Assembly: GCA_964016885.1 (NCBI GenBank) | Contig: OZ024740.1 | Coordinates: forward strand, 198,586,001 to 198,650,000 | Length of the DNA: 64,000 nt | Source: Eledone cirrhosa | Lineage: Eukaryota | Direction of reading: 5' to 3' | Shown here: positions 39,297 to 51,976 of the stretch, piece after piece | Position numbering within the stretch: the first letter of the stretch is position 1 | Layout: each line of letters starts with the position of its first letter | Notes under the pieces: model-generated | Told to the model about the DNA's origin: nothing | Database searches by the model: none | Seen by the model: the letters and a program-made list of their open reading frames with translations, nothing else | Made by a program: the position numbers and the translations under genes

Positions 39297-42200
39297 ATGT
39301 CTAATGATAAAATCTCATACCGGATCGGCCGTCACCCGGATCAGAGAGGAAACAGACTGGGGTCGAAAAATCAGCTAATGGTTCAAACCTTCCCATCACT
39401 TCGGAGCTGGAGACCTCCCATAACCGGAATACTCCTACTGTTGGCCCTCCATGCTCACCACCAAGAAATCCAAAGAAAAAGAGAGAGAAATTGTCTAGGG
39501 AAGACAATAAAGAAGTCCTTGAGGCTTTCTACACTGCCATGTGCTACCCATCAAATACATCGAATACAGAACAGACATATATCAACTGGAAAAATAAACA
39601 TCCCGAAAACTGAGGCTATATTGACAGTAACAAACTAGCCAATATACGAAGAAATATTGTAAAAAAAATGTTACTAACTGATATAGAAATTGATCAGATC
39701 AAGCTATTAGCACAAAGTCAGCGAAGGGAAAATGAAACATGTGTCAGTGAAAACGAGGTAAATTGTAACACTTCGAATCCCAGGGTTGGGGCGGAATCAC
39801 TGACAACAGAACAAATTAAAGAAAGGATCGAAAAAGTGGAGGGAGTACATGCTCAAGATGAAACTCCAAATGAAAACAATGAGATCGTAAATGATAAAGA
39901 AATGAATGCGAATGAACTTGCCAACTTGAAGGATGAAATTATGAACGAATGGATGAAAATGAAAAAATCTGACATGGGGGAACGAGACACCCTCCCTAAG
40001 ATCCAGAACTCCAAACAGAACCAAAAGATAATACACAAGACTAACATAATTATCAAAAAAATTATCATCACAAACAAACTAAACATTACTGATTTAAATC
40101 ATCTCTATTATGCATCGGCTAAAGTCACCACTCACTTATGTGGAGTGAAGATGAAAAAACAAAGGAATTTCCACAAGAAATCTACTTGGCAAGAAAAAAT
40201 CAATCGCCAAATAAACCTTCTCCGATCTGGCATAGACATTTTAAAAAACAAACTAAACTTAAAAAATTGAAAAGAAAGTACAGTATAAAACCAACAAGTG
40301 ACATAGGCATGCTGATAGAAATAATCAAGCAAAAAGTGTCGGCCAAAGCTGCTCGTATAAGGCGCTTTGAAAAACGATCTAGATTTTATAAGGACAATAT
40401 GTTCAAAACCAACCAAAGAAACTTCTACAGAAAAATTAGTAAGTCAACAATAACTGCTAAATCAATACCACCCAAGGAGGAAGTGCAAGAATTCTGGGAA
40501 AAGATCTGGGCCGAAGAAAAAGTTCATAATATATGGATAGACAGACAAATGAAAGATACAGCTCACCTTGAGGAACAAACATGGGAAAATATAACAGTTG
40601 GACAGTTGCGTTTGGCTCTAAGAAAAACCAGCAAATGGAAATCCCCAGGAAAAGACAAAATACAACATTTTTGGATAATTGTCTTCACAGAGTCTCATGA
40701 GCTGTTAGCCCAACTTTACAATGAAATAGTTAAGGAGCCAGAAAAGATAGCATCATGGCTAGTTAACGGCATTACATTCCTGCTTCCGAAGAATGATGGA
40801 CAAACAATCCCAAAAATTACAGACCGATAAATTGCTTGACCACAATGTGTGAAATTTTAACATCAGTCCTAACTGAATATACATATAACCACCTGATAAC
40901 ACATGACCTATTTCCCATTCAGCAGAAAGGGTGTAAACGAGGCTCATATGGCTGTAAGGATCAGCTTTTGGTTAACAAAATGATACTGGAAGATTGTCAT
41001 AGTAGACACACAAATCTATCAATTGCTTGGATAGATTATAAAAATGCATTCGATAGTTTGCCACACAGTTGGATTGAAAAATGTTTAGAGATTTTCAAAA
41101 TATCCCCCGTTGTCAGGAGGTTTTTGTCATTCAGTATGAAGACATGGAAAACGACACTCCTTTTGAATAGTGAAACAAAATCACTGGAAGCTGGAGAAGT
41201 TAATATTAATTGTGGAATTTTTCAGGGTGACTATTTATCACCGCTTTTATTCTGCATCGCACTTATACCATTAAGTAAAATGCTCAATGAAACAAAACAT
41301 GGATATAAAGTCTATGACAAAACCATTAATCACTTGTTCAACACGGATGACCTGAAACTATTTGCAAAAAATGATGAACAATTGCAAGGGCTATTATCCA
41401 CTCTGGAGCAGTTCAGTGATGACATTAAAATGGAGTTTGGACTAGATAAATGCGCCAAAGAAACGTTCACCAGAGGAAAGCTGCTGAAAAGTTCAGACAT
41501 TAATCTTGATCGAGGGAATGTGATAAGAGAACTTGATCAAGAGGAAACTTACAAATATCTAGGTGTTTGTGAAGGAGACGGAATCAAGCACTCGACAATG
41601 AGGGTAAGGATAAGGAAGGAATGTTACCGTAGAGTAAGAGCAATTTTAAGAACGGAATTGAATGCAAGGAATAGGATCGATGCCATAAACAGGCTTGCCA
41701 TACCAGTAGTAACCTACAGTTACAATGTCATCAACTGGTAAAACACAGAGATCCGTAGGCTCGATACAAAAATTCGAAAATTTTTAACCATGCACAGAAT
41801 GCATCACCTTAAGGCAGATACATATAGAATACATCTCCCTAGGAAAGAAGGAGGACATTGCGTTGAAAACTGCAACAATTGGATTATCTACATATCTAAA
41901 GGAATCACATGATTGGATGATCAAACTCGTTTTGAAACACGAAAGCATCAACAGATCATACTCCATTACAAAATATGCACAAAGATACAGTAATGGACTA
42001 CACATTTCAGAAGTCCCATTTACTGCTGAAATGGAAAACACAGAAAAAGCAAAGCAGGTAAAAGTAACTGCAAAGAAAGAACTGCTACAGAGACTGGCTA
42101 AGAAATGGCAAGAAAAGCCTCCGTATGGAAAATACCCAGAACGAGCTAACAATCTTGATGTTGACAAAACTTTAACCCATCAGTGGTTAGCATCCTCTGG

Positions 42201-42850
42201 ACTGAAATCGGAGAGTGAAGGACTGATTATATCAGCACAAGATCAGTGTCTGCCAACATAATAAAAAATGGATGCAGCCCATTATGCCGTGTATGTAAAA
42301 AACAACCAGAGACCATTGACCATATAATTTCAATGTGCAGTCCTATAGCTCCAACCGAATACCTAAACAGGCATGACAAGCTGCACAATACATACATTGG
42401 ATAATGTGTAAGCATTTTGACCTGCCCCATCAAAAGAATTGGTGGGAGCATCAACCACCTCCCATACTTGAAAAAGATCACATCTCAATCTTGTGGAACT
42501 TTAGCATCCAAACAGACCGAAAAACAGATGCAAATAGACCTGATATAATATTGAAGGACTTTAAAAAGAGAGTATGCCTGCTAATTGATATGTTCGTTCC
42601 AATAGACAAGAATGTATCTATAAAAGCATTTGAAAAATTGAGCAAGTATAAGGACTTGGAGATAGAAATTGGAAAAATGTGGAAATTGAGAACTAAAACA
42701 CTACCAGAGGTTGTAGGTGCTCTAGGAATGATACCTAAGGGGTCTAATGATTACTTATCGCAAATCCCAGGAAACCCGCGTATAGGAGAAATACAAAAGA
42801 TAGTACTAATGGGAACTGCCCATATACTAAGGAACATTCTGTCAATATAA
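39297..42850 (+). pseudogene. R4/Dong-like RT-REL polyprotein, frameshifted
   Basis: KSPGKDKI, QKGC, WIDYKNAFDS, GIFQGDYLSPLLF, NTDDLKL (YMDD mutated), YKYLG, CRVC..ETIDHIISMC, RHDK, NRPDI..LIDM, KYKDL. Confidence 0.9.
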
Positions 42851-42993
42851 GTACATCACAAGTCTAAACACTAAAGATGCATGTGTGAGTATGTATGTTC
42901 TTTCTTGAACATGGCGGACCTTGTTGTCTCTTGAGGTCACTGGTTGCGACTTGGTGATAACTCGTATGAACATAAAGCAAGATAAATGCAGCT

Positions 42994-42995
<2 letters not shown>

Positions 42996-43046
<51 letters not shown>
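42996..43046. repeat. (TAA)17 between convergent Dong-like and Tx1 3' ends
   Basis: Pure TAA tract joining the two 3' ends. Confidence 0.95.
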
Positions 43047-43048
<2 letters not shown>

Positions 43049-43296
43049 TTTCTTTATTAACCACAAGGGTTTACATAAAGTAGACATTAAGGACAGTGCA
43101 GGACAATACAGGTCGGTACAAATGGGCATTTCTGCGTGTAAAAAACAAAAACAGAGGATGTAACAAAAAATAACAATGAAAAATTCCCCAATAGGGGGGA
43201 GACTTCGGAGGGACATTTGTGGAGAATGCCCAGTAAAAGGCCACAATGACCCTGACCACCAAGGCAAGTGCCGTCTCCCAGTTTTCCACCTTTAAT

Positions 43297-46200
43297 TTAC
43301 AGATATATACTCAGAGTAGGCCCATTCACTCGGGCCATTCTTGCTTCTCTCACCCATCTTTCAACAAAATGCTGGGAAGAGAGCACTTCCCTCTCTACTC
43401 TGATTTTCCTTTTCAAATGAAATTTGAAAAAGTCAATCAGAGCATCACCGAAGAGGTAAGTGCTCGTCTTCAGCCCTTTCAAACGTGTCCACCATACTAT
43501 CTCTTTCGCCATGGCCACCAGACAGATAAAAACTGCCTTGCCTTCCCGGCTAAAGGATGAGGGCGGGCCAATCCTCACGATGGACTCAGATGATAGCCGG
43601 ATCCGTCCTAAACGCGACAGCAGGTGTTCGACATAAACCCACAAGTCAACAATTTTCGGACAGTGGACGAGTGCGTGCAGGACGGTTTCGTCGCCCTGCG
43701 CGCATCTCGGACATGCCCGGCTGACGGCACCTCCATGCCTGTAGAGTTTATCCCGAACTGGCAAGGCTCCTCGGTAGCACTGCCAGGCCAGAGATTTCTG
43801 GAAGTTGTCCATAGGCCCTGACCCGAAAGTTCTTCCGAAGAGATTGGCTAATTGATTTTCGTCGACGACTAGAGTTTCCCCAAGTACGTCGTCGCTCTTC
43901 CCCTCCACTAATCCTCTATAGAACGCCGAGGTGGAGTTTCCACCGATCACATTGCCCGATTGGCCGAGGGCTGTCAGCGCCTGAAGACATTCCAGTCTCC
44001 AGGCGCTCCCTCTCGGTCTTCGCTTGACCCAGGACTGCAGCTCCGTCAAGGAAACGAGCTGGGGAAATACGTGTCTAGCAAACGGCGACTACACCTGATC
44101 ACCGTCGAGGAAGAGGTGGAGATGTCGTAGCCTGAGCGCGTGTCTGCGCATCATCAGCCACGACATGCCCAGCCCTCCACGTAGCGGGTGCTGACAACAG
44201 ATGGACCGCCTGACCATCGGAGCGCGTCCCTTCCACAAAAAGCGAAAGAGCAAACGCTCCAGCGCAGTCAGGAGAGGCTTAGGACAAGGTACGACGGTCA
44301 GGCGGTAGCAGATGACAGACGCGATGTACGCGTTAGCCACCTCCGCTCGACCTTTCAGGGATAGCTTCCTCTCCGCCCATTTCTGGGTGAGAGAAGCCAC
44401 CCTGCTCGTCACCTCGTCCCAGATTTTGTCCGTCTGGAGGTCCGGACCGAACCAGACCCCTAGCAATTTAACCGGTCCGTCCGTCCAGCGTCCAACGACG
44501 CTGTTGGAGGGCATGGACGTGCCTCTCCAGGTGCCGAGCTGCAGGCCCACTGACTTTTCCTGGTTGATCATTGCTCCTCTCACCGCTTCGTATTCTGTTA
44601 GTGTAGTGCCGATCGCCTCGATGTGTTTGGCGTTCGACACCACTACGGTGACATCGTCCGCATATGCTGACACGGATATACCGCATCCTAGTTCGCGCGG
44701 GACGCCCCTCAACGTCTCCAGTTTGTGCAGTAATGGCTCGAGAGTCAATACGTACAAGAGGGACGAGAGGGGACATCCTTGGCGGACCGAGCGCATGATG
44801 TTGAACGGTTCCGACAGGTGACCGTTCACTCTCACCACAGAGCAGATGTCGCTGTGCATGGTAGCGATCCAGCCTCTGAAGACGGGCCCAAAGCCAGCCG
44901 CCCTCAGGACTGCCGCTAGGAAACGATGGTCGACCCTATCGAAAGCTTTCGACTGATCTAAATTGATCAAGGAGCCACCCGTGCCAGGTTCCCTAGCTAC
45001 CCCCTCTACGATGTATCACATGAGGTAGAGGTTGTCGTGGATGGATCTGTCGGGAATGGCGTATGTCTGCGCCTCTCCCACCAGACCACCAACGACAAGC
45101 GCCAACCTCTTTGCTAGCACCTTGGCCAAAATCTTGAACTCTGTGTTTAGCAGAGTTATGGGCCAGAAATTATCTATGTTATCCCCCTTGTTCGGATCCT
45201 TTCTCAGCAGTGCCACCGCTCCTCGGCTCACATAACTGGGAATTCTCCCGTTCTGTTGCCAGTTGCAGTAGACGTCCGCCAAGAGGCCTCCGAACAAGTC
45301 TGGCATCTGTACGTAAAGTTCATAGGGCAGACCATCCAAACCAGGCGATTTACCCCTTGTGCAGCCAGTCATTGCCTCCCTTACTTCAGCGGCTGTTATC
45401 GGCTTTTCGCAACACCTCGCCTCAGTGGCCGAGAGCCGCGGCAGTCCGTCGAGGTAGACACTAAAGTCCATCCCTCGATCCGGCCCACCGCTGCCCCCGA
45501 ATAGCTGAGCTAAGTGTCGCTGAAAAGCTTCACACATTTGCCCGGGATCGAGTAGCATGCGCCCGTCGTGGTCCACCAAAGACCGGATCGCGGCTTTGTT
45601 GCCACGACGCGCCTCCGCCATTCGGGCCCATTGAACGGCTTTCGTCCCCTCGTGTCTGAGAGCACGCACCCTTGCTCTGACAACGCAGCCTTCGTGCTTT
45701 GTATTGAAGAATTGGTCAAGGGCCAATTTCGCCGCAAGGACGTCGGTCGCAATGCCTTTGCTAAGCGCCTCGTCTAATTTTCTAACTAGTTCTCCCTCTG
45801 CTCTATTTTTCTCTATTGCTAAAGCCTTACTAAACCTAATGGATTCTATTCTACTCGCTCTTTTCAGAGCAAACCACCACTTGTTGTTGACGATGGCCCC
45901 GTCAAGGCCCGCTTAACTAGTTCGCTAATCCGGTCTCTGTAGGCCTTGCGCGCTGGTAAGGACGCGTTTAGCTTCCAGTAGCCGAGTCCTCGTCTATGAA
46001 GCCTATCTAAGTCAAGCACACAGATCACGAATTTGTGGTCCGTGTAGCTGAATATCTTGAATTGTGGACAGCCTATGCTAGACCTATCTATTTCCCTACA
46101 AAATACTCTATCTAGATATGATCTGGATGACCCTATGCGATTTGTCCAAGTCCACATTGGCACATTCGGGAAATCCAATCGGTATCTGTCAGACAGTTCA

Positions 46201-46714
46201 AAACGCCTGAGCAGGTTGGTGAGGCTCTTGCACCCTCCACCCTTATCCGCTAATCCCACACAGTCCCAGCGTGCATCTAAGATCCCGTTCCAGTCGCCCA
46301 CTAACACTAAAGAGCGGGGCGTTCCAAGAAAGGTCTCCAGACGCCGGAGAAATCAGGCCGCCCTGCTCCTGTCGGGGCATAGACGGCCACTAGCCTGAAC
46401 GCTTGCCCGTCTCCGCTGGTCATGTCCAGCACCATCAACTTACCCCCTGGGTCCAGGAAGATAGCCCGTATGGCGAGATCCAAACCTCTCCAAAAAAGCA
46501 CAGCAACTCCACCCCCCGATCCAGGACGGCTGGGAGATGCGTACACATCGTAGCCGCCGAAGATCGGTGCGAAGGCCCGTGCTTCGGAGATTCTGGTCTC
46601 GCTGATGGCCACTACATCTATGTTTAGTGACCTGAGGTCGTTGAGCAGGTGACCCTGCTTCCATGACGACCCCAAGCCACGCGCATTTATGCTGCCTATT
46701 CTGAGTGAGGTCAT
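43297..46714 (-). pseudogene. Tx1 copy B ORF2 (APE, RT, C-terminal zinc finger), few frameshifts/stops
   Basis: SINARGL, ISETR, VYAP, GDWN, YLDRV, YTDH, LDQSKAFDRVDH, VRQGCPLS, YADD, CPRC..ETVLHALVHC. Confidence 0.93.
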
Positions 46715-46749
46715 GTTTAAAATAGAGTGGAAAAGATGGGAAAGACCAC

Positions 46750-48801
46750 TTACCGTACTTTTCGTAGAGGAGGGATGGTTTTTACATCCCTTTTCACTTG
46801 ATCGTCTGGTGAAGGGACCGTTGAATCGTCCCTTCGGCTGGTCGTCGGCTCTTCTATGAGTATGTCCGAATATACTCTTCGATTGATAGTTCCTCCTAGG
46901 TCCCTGAAATCACCAACTGCGTTGGGGAATTTCGTTTTAATGTTTGTGTATTGTTTCTGTGCTATTTTTAGCAGTCTTATGTTAGTTGGCGTTTTGATTG
47001 GTGCTGGTATTATGTAGTCGTGTTGTGAAATGTCTGTGTGTTCAATTATGTAAGACATTAGTTTATTGTTGTGTGTATTTATCGCCGTGCATTTGTTTTT
47101 CTGGGGGTGGGGTGTGGTTCTGCTATTTTCTTGTCGTTGTTGCTGGGTGTGTGTGTTTTGTTGTTGTGTTTGCGATGTTGGTGCTTGTGGTGGTGGTGTT
47201 GAAGGTGTTGTTGGCGGTGGGGTTGTCGCCGGTGGTGATGGTGGTGCTAGTGTGGGTGGTGATGGTGTTGGTGGTGTTGCTGCTGTGAGTCTCTTTGCAG
47301 TAGACTTTACCCTTTTCTCATTTCTTTCCTCCATTTTCAAAGGCGACGATGCGCTGCTTCTGCGTTTGTGCCTTCTTACGACCTTTTGTCATCCCTCTCC
47401 CACCTCACACTCCATGTCTGATTCTGTGAGGTCGGGGAGCTGTACCAGCTCCACTCTTTCACTTGTTGTTGTTGGTGATGTTTGCACTGGAGTCTCTGTT
47501 GCAGCTGCATTTGGTATTGCTGTTGTTGTTGTTAATATTTCCACTGCTGCTGCTGTTTTTAATTTCCGTGGCGTGGGTATGGGTGCCACGGACCTATCGT
47601 TCCTGGTTGCCGCTTGTCCTGTTGCTGGTAGCCGTGGACCCAGTTCCTGAAAGAGGGGGGTTTTCTCCTTTCTCAGAGTCTTCTCGTTGCAGAAGGCCCT
47701 GAGGTGAGTCTTTGATCCACAGCGAAAGCATTTCGGGCCTTTGCCCTCAACACTTATGGGCAGTTGAGTGCCGTTATCGAAGTCTATCACATCCGGGATA
47801 GCTTGGATGCACTCCTGGTTGGTTTGGATTAGCATCTCAATGGAGGTGCCGACCCAATCTTCTCTTACTTTTTTCTGTACTTGCAGTACAGTTGTTTTGT
47901 CATCGATTCCGACGAGGACAGACGCGGCCAGCCAAGAAGGGGCCATCCCGGGGGGGGGGACGTGGGTCAGTTTGACCCTCACAATTTTTTGCCCGCAGTA
48001 GGAGGGCACCAACACCATTTCCTCGCTCCTTAGGGTCACTACGGATTGAGCCTTTGCCTCCTGGGGTGTGGCAAAAAGTACGTCTACGGTGGCATATTTT
48101 TTGCCTCGGGTGATGTGCGTTTTCCGCTGCCACACAGACTCCAAGGCTTTTTGTATTTGGGCCTCTGTGGCTCTTTCAACCCTACGGGATTTTGTACTTA
48201 CTGTACGGTACGTGACCGTACAGTGCTGTTGGGTTTCGAAAAATGTTTCCGCTGCCTTGCAGATTGCTCGGTGTCCAGTCTTTGTCACCATCTTCTTCGC
48301 TTCCTCTAATTCCTCATTTGTTATGAGGATTGTTTCCAGGTTTTTCGCAATACCTGCAAATGAGATTGGTTTTTCTTTGCTGCTGTTGTTGTTGTTGTCG
48401 TCAGAGCTGCTGTTACTTTTGTTGTTGCTGCAGGTACTACGACTACTGTCTCCGCCGCTGTTGCTGTGGTTGTTGTTGGTTTTGCTGCTGGTGATGCTGT
48501 TGCGGCTGCTACTGTTGTTTTCATTGTCACTGTTGCTGTTGTTATTACGGCTGCTACTGCTATTATTCCTGACGTCAGACGAATGAACTGGGTTTTCGTA
48601 TTTCCCGCACACCTGTTTCGTCGTTGTCGTCGTCGTCGTGGAGAAATCTTGCACGCTTTGCACGAGACTTTTCTTTTTTGTCGTCGCTTGCGAAAGAGAA
48701 GGGAGGGAGAGAGACAATCTTCTCTCTGCTGTAGTGATGATTGAGGAAGAAGAAGACGGAATGAGTGGGAGTGACCTATGAAAATTCTTTTTCGTAGCCA
48801 A
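46750..48801 (-). pseudogene. Tx1 copy B ORF1 (gag-like, CCHC zinc knuckle), one frameshift
   Basis: 470-aa plus 196-aa ORFs; CFRCGSKTHLRAFC fits CX2CX4HX4C. The start is a non-ATG codon in this copy. Confidence 0.85.
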
Positions 48802-49018
48802 GTTGTTTTTTTTTGTTTAAAATAAATATTGGGCACAAAACCCCAATAAGCAGTTATTTAACCCCGAAGGGCCAAATAACGGGCAGAAAGACCCCTCTCA
48901 CGAGGAGGAGGGTGTTTTTGTCTACAAGTTCGTTAAAGTTTTAAACAATTTACAATTGTTATAGCGTTCAAAATTTACAATACCTTACAGAGCCGAGCCT
49001 CCGTCAACCATAGCATTC

Positions 49019-49060
<42 letters not shown>

Positions 49061-49062
<2 letters not shown>

Positions 49063-51976
49063 TTTCATTTATTAGCCACAAGGGCCGACATGTAGGGGAC
49101 AATACAAAGACAGGGACAGTGGGGGTTTACAATAAGGTCGAGTAAAAGTGCACAATGGCAAGACTAATTTAACAATGAAAATATAAAAATATAAAATAAA
49201 CTATGCATAAATATAACAAAATAAATTCCCCGATAGGGGGTGGACGACCTGGGGTGATTCGGGTACCCCACCAATCCTGAACCACCCTGCGCTTCTAGGG
49301 CACCCAGGGAGAGCACCCCTCTCCTCAAGTTAGCCAGCCTATAGGCGCATGGTCAGAGTAGGCCCATTCACACGAGCCATTCTCGCCAAATTCACCCACC
49401 TTTTAGCAAATGTACTGGGGGGCAGCACTTCAATCTCCACCGTCACTCTCCTTTCCAGGTGAAACTTGAAGAAGTTGATGAGGGATTGGCCGAAGAGAAA
49501 AATGTTTGTCTTTAGTTTTTTCAACCTGGTCCACCATATAATCTTTTTCGCAACTGCCACCAGACAGAGGAAAATGTCCTGCTCTTCCTGACATAAGGAA
49601 GGTGGCGGCTCGATCTTCACTATGGACTCGGCCGATAGCCGGATTCGTTCCACACGCGACAGTAGCTGTTCGACATAACTCCACAAGTCAGTAATGCACG
49701 GACATTGGACAAGTGCGTGCAGAACGGTTTCGTCGTTCTGTGCGCATCTTGGGCAGGTCCGTCTGACAGCACTTCCGTGCCTGTAGAGTTTATCCTGAAC
49801 CGGCAGTGCCCCCCGGTAGCACTGCCAAGAGAGGGATTTCTGGAAACTGTCCATCGTCCCCGGCTCAAATGTCCTCCGGTACAGACTGATCAGTTCGGCT
49901 TCGTCGAGGCCCAAAGCTTCTCCGAGTGCGTCATCGCACTTGCCCACCACTAATCCTCTATAGAACTCGAGAGTGGATGTTCCACTGATCGCATTGCCCG
50001 CTTGGTAGAGGGCAGTGAGTGCCTGGCAACATTCCAGGTGCCAGTCACCCAGTCTCGGTCTCTTCTTGACCCAAGACTGCAGCTCAGTCAAAGAAATGAG
50101 CTGCGGAAAGGCCCGTCTGATAAACGGCGACCACACCTGTTCACTGTTTAGGCAGAATATCTGGAGATGTCGCAGCCTCAACGCATGTCTGCGCATCATT
50201 GGCCACGGCATGCCCAGCTCTCGCGTAGAGGGTGCGGGCAGCAGATGGACCGCCTCACCAACGGAACTTGTCCCCTCCACAAGAATTTGAAGAGGAGACG
50301 TTCCAACTTGACGAGGCGCGGACGGGGGCAATGCACGACGGTTAGGCGGTAGTAGATGACGGACGCGATGTACGCATTCGCCACCTCCGCGCGACCTTTC
50401 AGTGATAGCTTCCTCCCAGCCCATTTTTGGGTGAGACTGGCTACTCTGCTCGTTACCTCGTCCCAATTCTTTTCCACCTAGAGGTCTGGTCCTAACCAAA
50501 CCCCGAGCAACTTTACCGGTCCGTCCGTCCAGCGCCCCACGATGCTGTTGGACGGCATGGGCTTGCCTCTCCAGGTTCCGAGCTGCACGCCCACCGACTT
50601 TTCCGGGTTAAGTTTGGCTCCTGTCAACCTTTCATATTCCTTCAGTAAGGTGCCGACCACCTCAATTTCTGAGGTGTTCGACACCATCACGGTGATGTCG
50701 TCCTCATAAGCCGACACCGCCTTTCCACGTCCCGGTTCAAGAGGGATGCCCTGAAACAGCTCTAGCTTCCGCAGTAAAGGCTCGAGAGTCAATACGTACA
50801 GAAGGGAAGAGAGCGGGCACCCTTCACGGACCGATTGGGAGAGCCGAAATGGTTCCGAGAGGTGGCCATTAACCTTGACCACCGAGCGTGTGTCGCTGTG
50901 CATTGCAACGATCCTGCTTCTAAAGACAGGGCCGAAGCCAGCTGCTTTGAGGACAAACTCCAGATACCGATGGTCGACCCTATCGAATGCTTTCGATTGA
51001 TCTAAATTATTCAGTGCCCCACCGAAGCCAGGTTTACACCCTACCCTCTCTATGATGTATCGCATGAGGTGGAGATTGTCGTGTATGAACCTGGCTGGGA
51101 TTGCGCAAGTTTGCGCCTCCCCAACCAAATCCTCGACGACAAGCGCCAATCTCTTTGCTAACACCTTGGCCAAAATATTAAACTCTGTGTTGAGCAGAGT
51201 TATGGGCCTGAAGTTGTCTCATGTATCCCTCTTGTTTTCGTCTTTTCTTATCAGCGTCACCACTCTCCTGTTCACAGAACTGGGAATACTCCATTCTGCT
51301 GCCAGTTGCAGTAGAGTGCTTCGAGGAGTTCGGAGAACAATCTGGCATATTTACGTAAAGCTCGTAGGGCAGGCCATCCAAACCGGGTGATTTGCGCCTC
51401 ATGCAGCCGACAAGGGCGTCCTGAATTTCGGCTGAAGTAATCGGCCTTTCGCAGCGCTCAGCGTCGACCGTCGAGATGCGCGGCAAGCCGTCAAGGTAGG
51501 GACTGAAATCTGCTACTCTCTCAACTCGCCACTCTCTCTGAACAACCGAGCAAAGTGCTGGCTCAAGGCCTCACACATCCGCTTGGAATCGCTTATCTCG
51601 TGTCCGTCTCGGTCCGCCAAAGACCGAATTGTGGTTTTATTACCACGCTGCGCCTCTGCCACGCGGGCCCATCGAACAGCTTTAGTTCCCTCGTTTCTCA
51701 GCGCACGCGCCTTAGCTCTGACAATGCAACCTTCGTGTTTGGCGTTGAAGAAATGGTCTAATGCCATTCTCGCCGCTAGCACGTCAGTTGCGATGCCACT
51801 ACAAATAGCCTCGTCTAACTTATCTACCAGCTCCCCCTCCTTTCTATTTTTCTCTAACGCTAGTTCTTTGCTGAACTCTATCGAAGTTACTCTAATCTCT
51901 CTTTTGAGAGAACCCACCACCTGTTGTTGATGATCCCCCCTATCAACTTTTGCTTAACTAAATTGTTGACTCGGTC
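49061..51976 (-). mobile_element. 5'-truncated Tx1/L1-clade LINE (copy C, distinct subfamily)
   Basis: LDQSKAFDRVDH, VREGCPLS, YEDD, CPRC..HALVQC. The 3' end lies in the (AAT)14 tract at 49019-49060. Confidence 0.92.

Larger units (their letters stand above)
39135..42995 (+). mobile_element. Near full-length R4/Dong-like REL-endonuclease non-LTR retrotransposon (copy D1)
   Basis: Single long disrupted ORF with RT, CCHC finger, RHD and PD..D motifs, followed by (TAA)n. The 5' boundary is approximate. Confidence 0.9.
43047..49018 (-). mobile_element. Full-length Tx1/L1-clade LINE (copy B), best preserved
   Basis: ORF1 plus ORF2, with (ATT)n on both flanks. Confidence 0.95.

Noticed and set aside
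36024-48744. Long plus-strand L/V/G-rich ORFs (e.g. 36024-36596, 37170-37718, 47066-47650)
   Set aside because: Antisense shadows of low-complexity Tx1 ORF1.
48885-48915. ctcctcgt loop in the Tx1 B 5' UTR as an HDV-like ribozyme
   Set aside because: Explained by a simple local hairpin; no P1/P2 pseudoknot partners found.
43047-49018. Tx1 copy B as an active autonomous element
   Set aside because: ORF1 and ORF2 both contain frameshifts or stops in this sequence.
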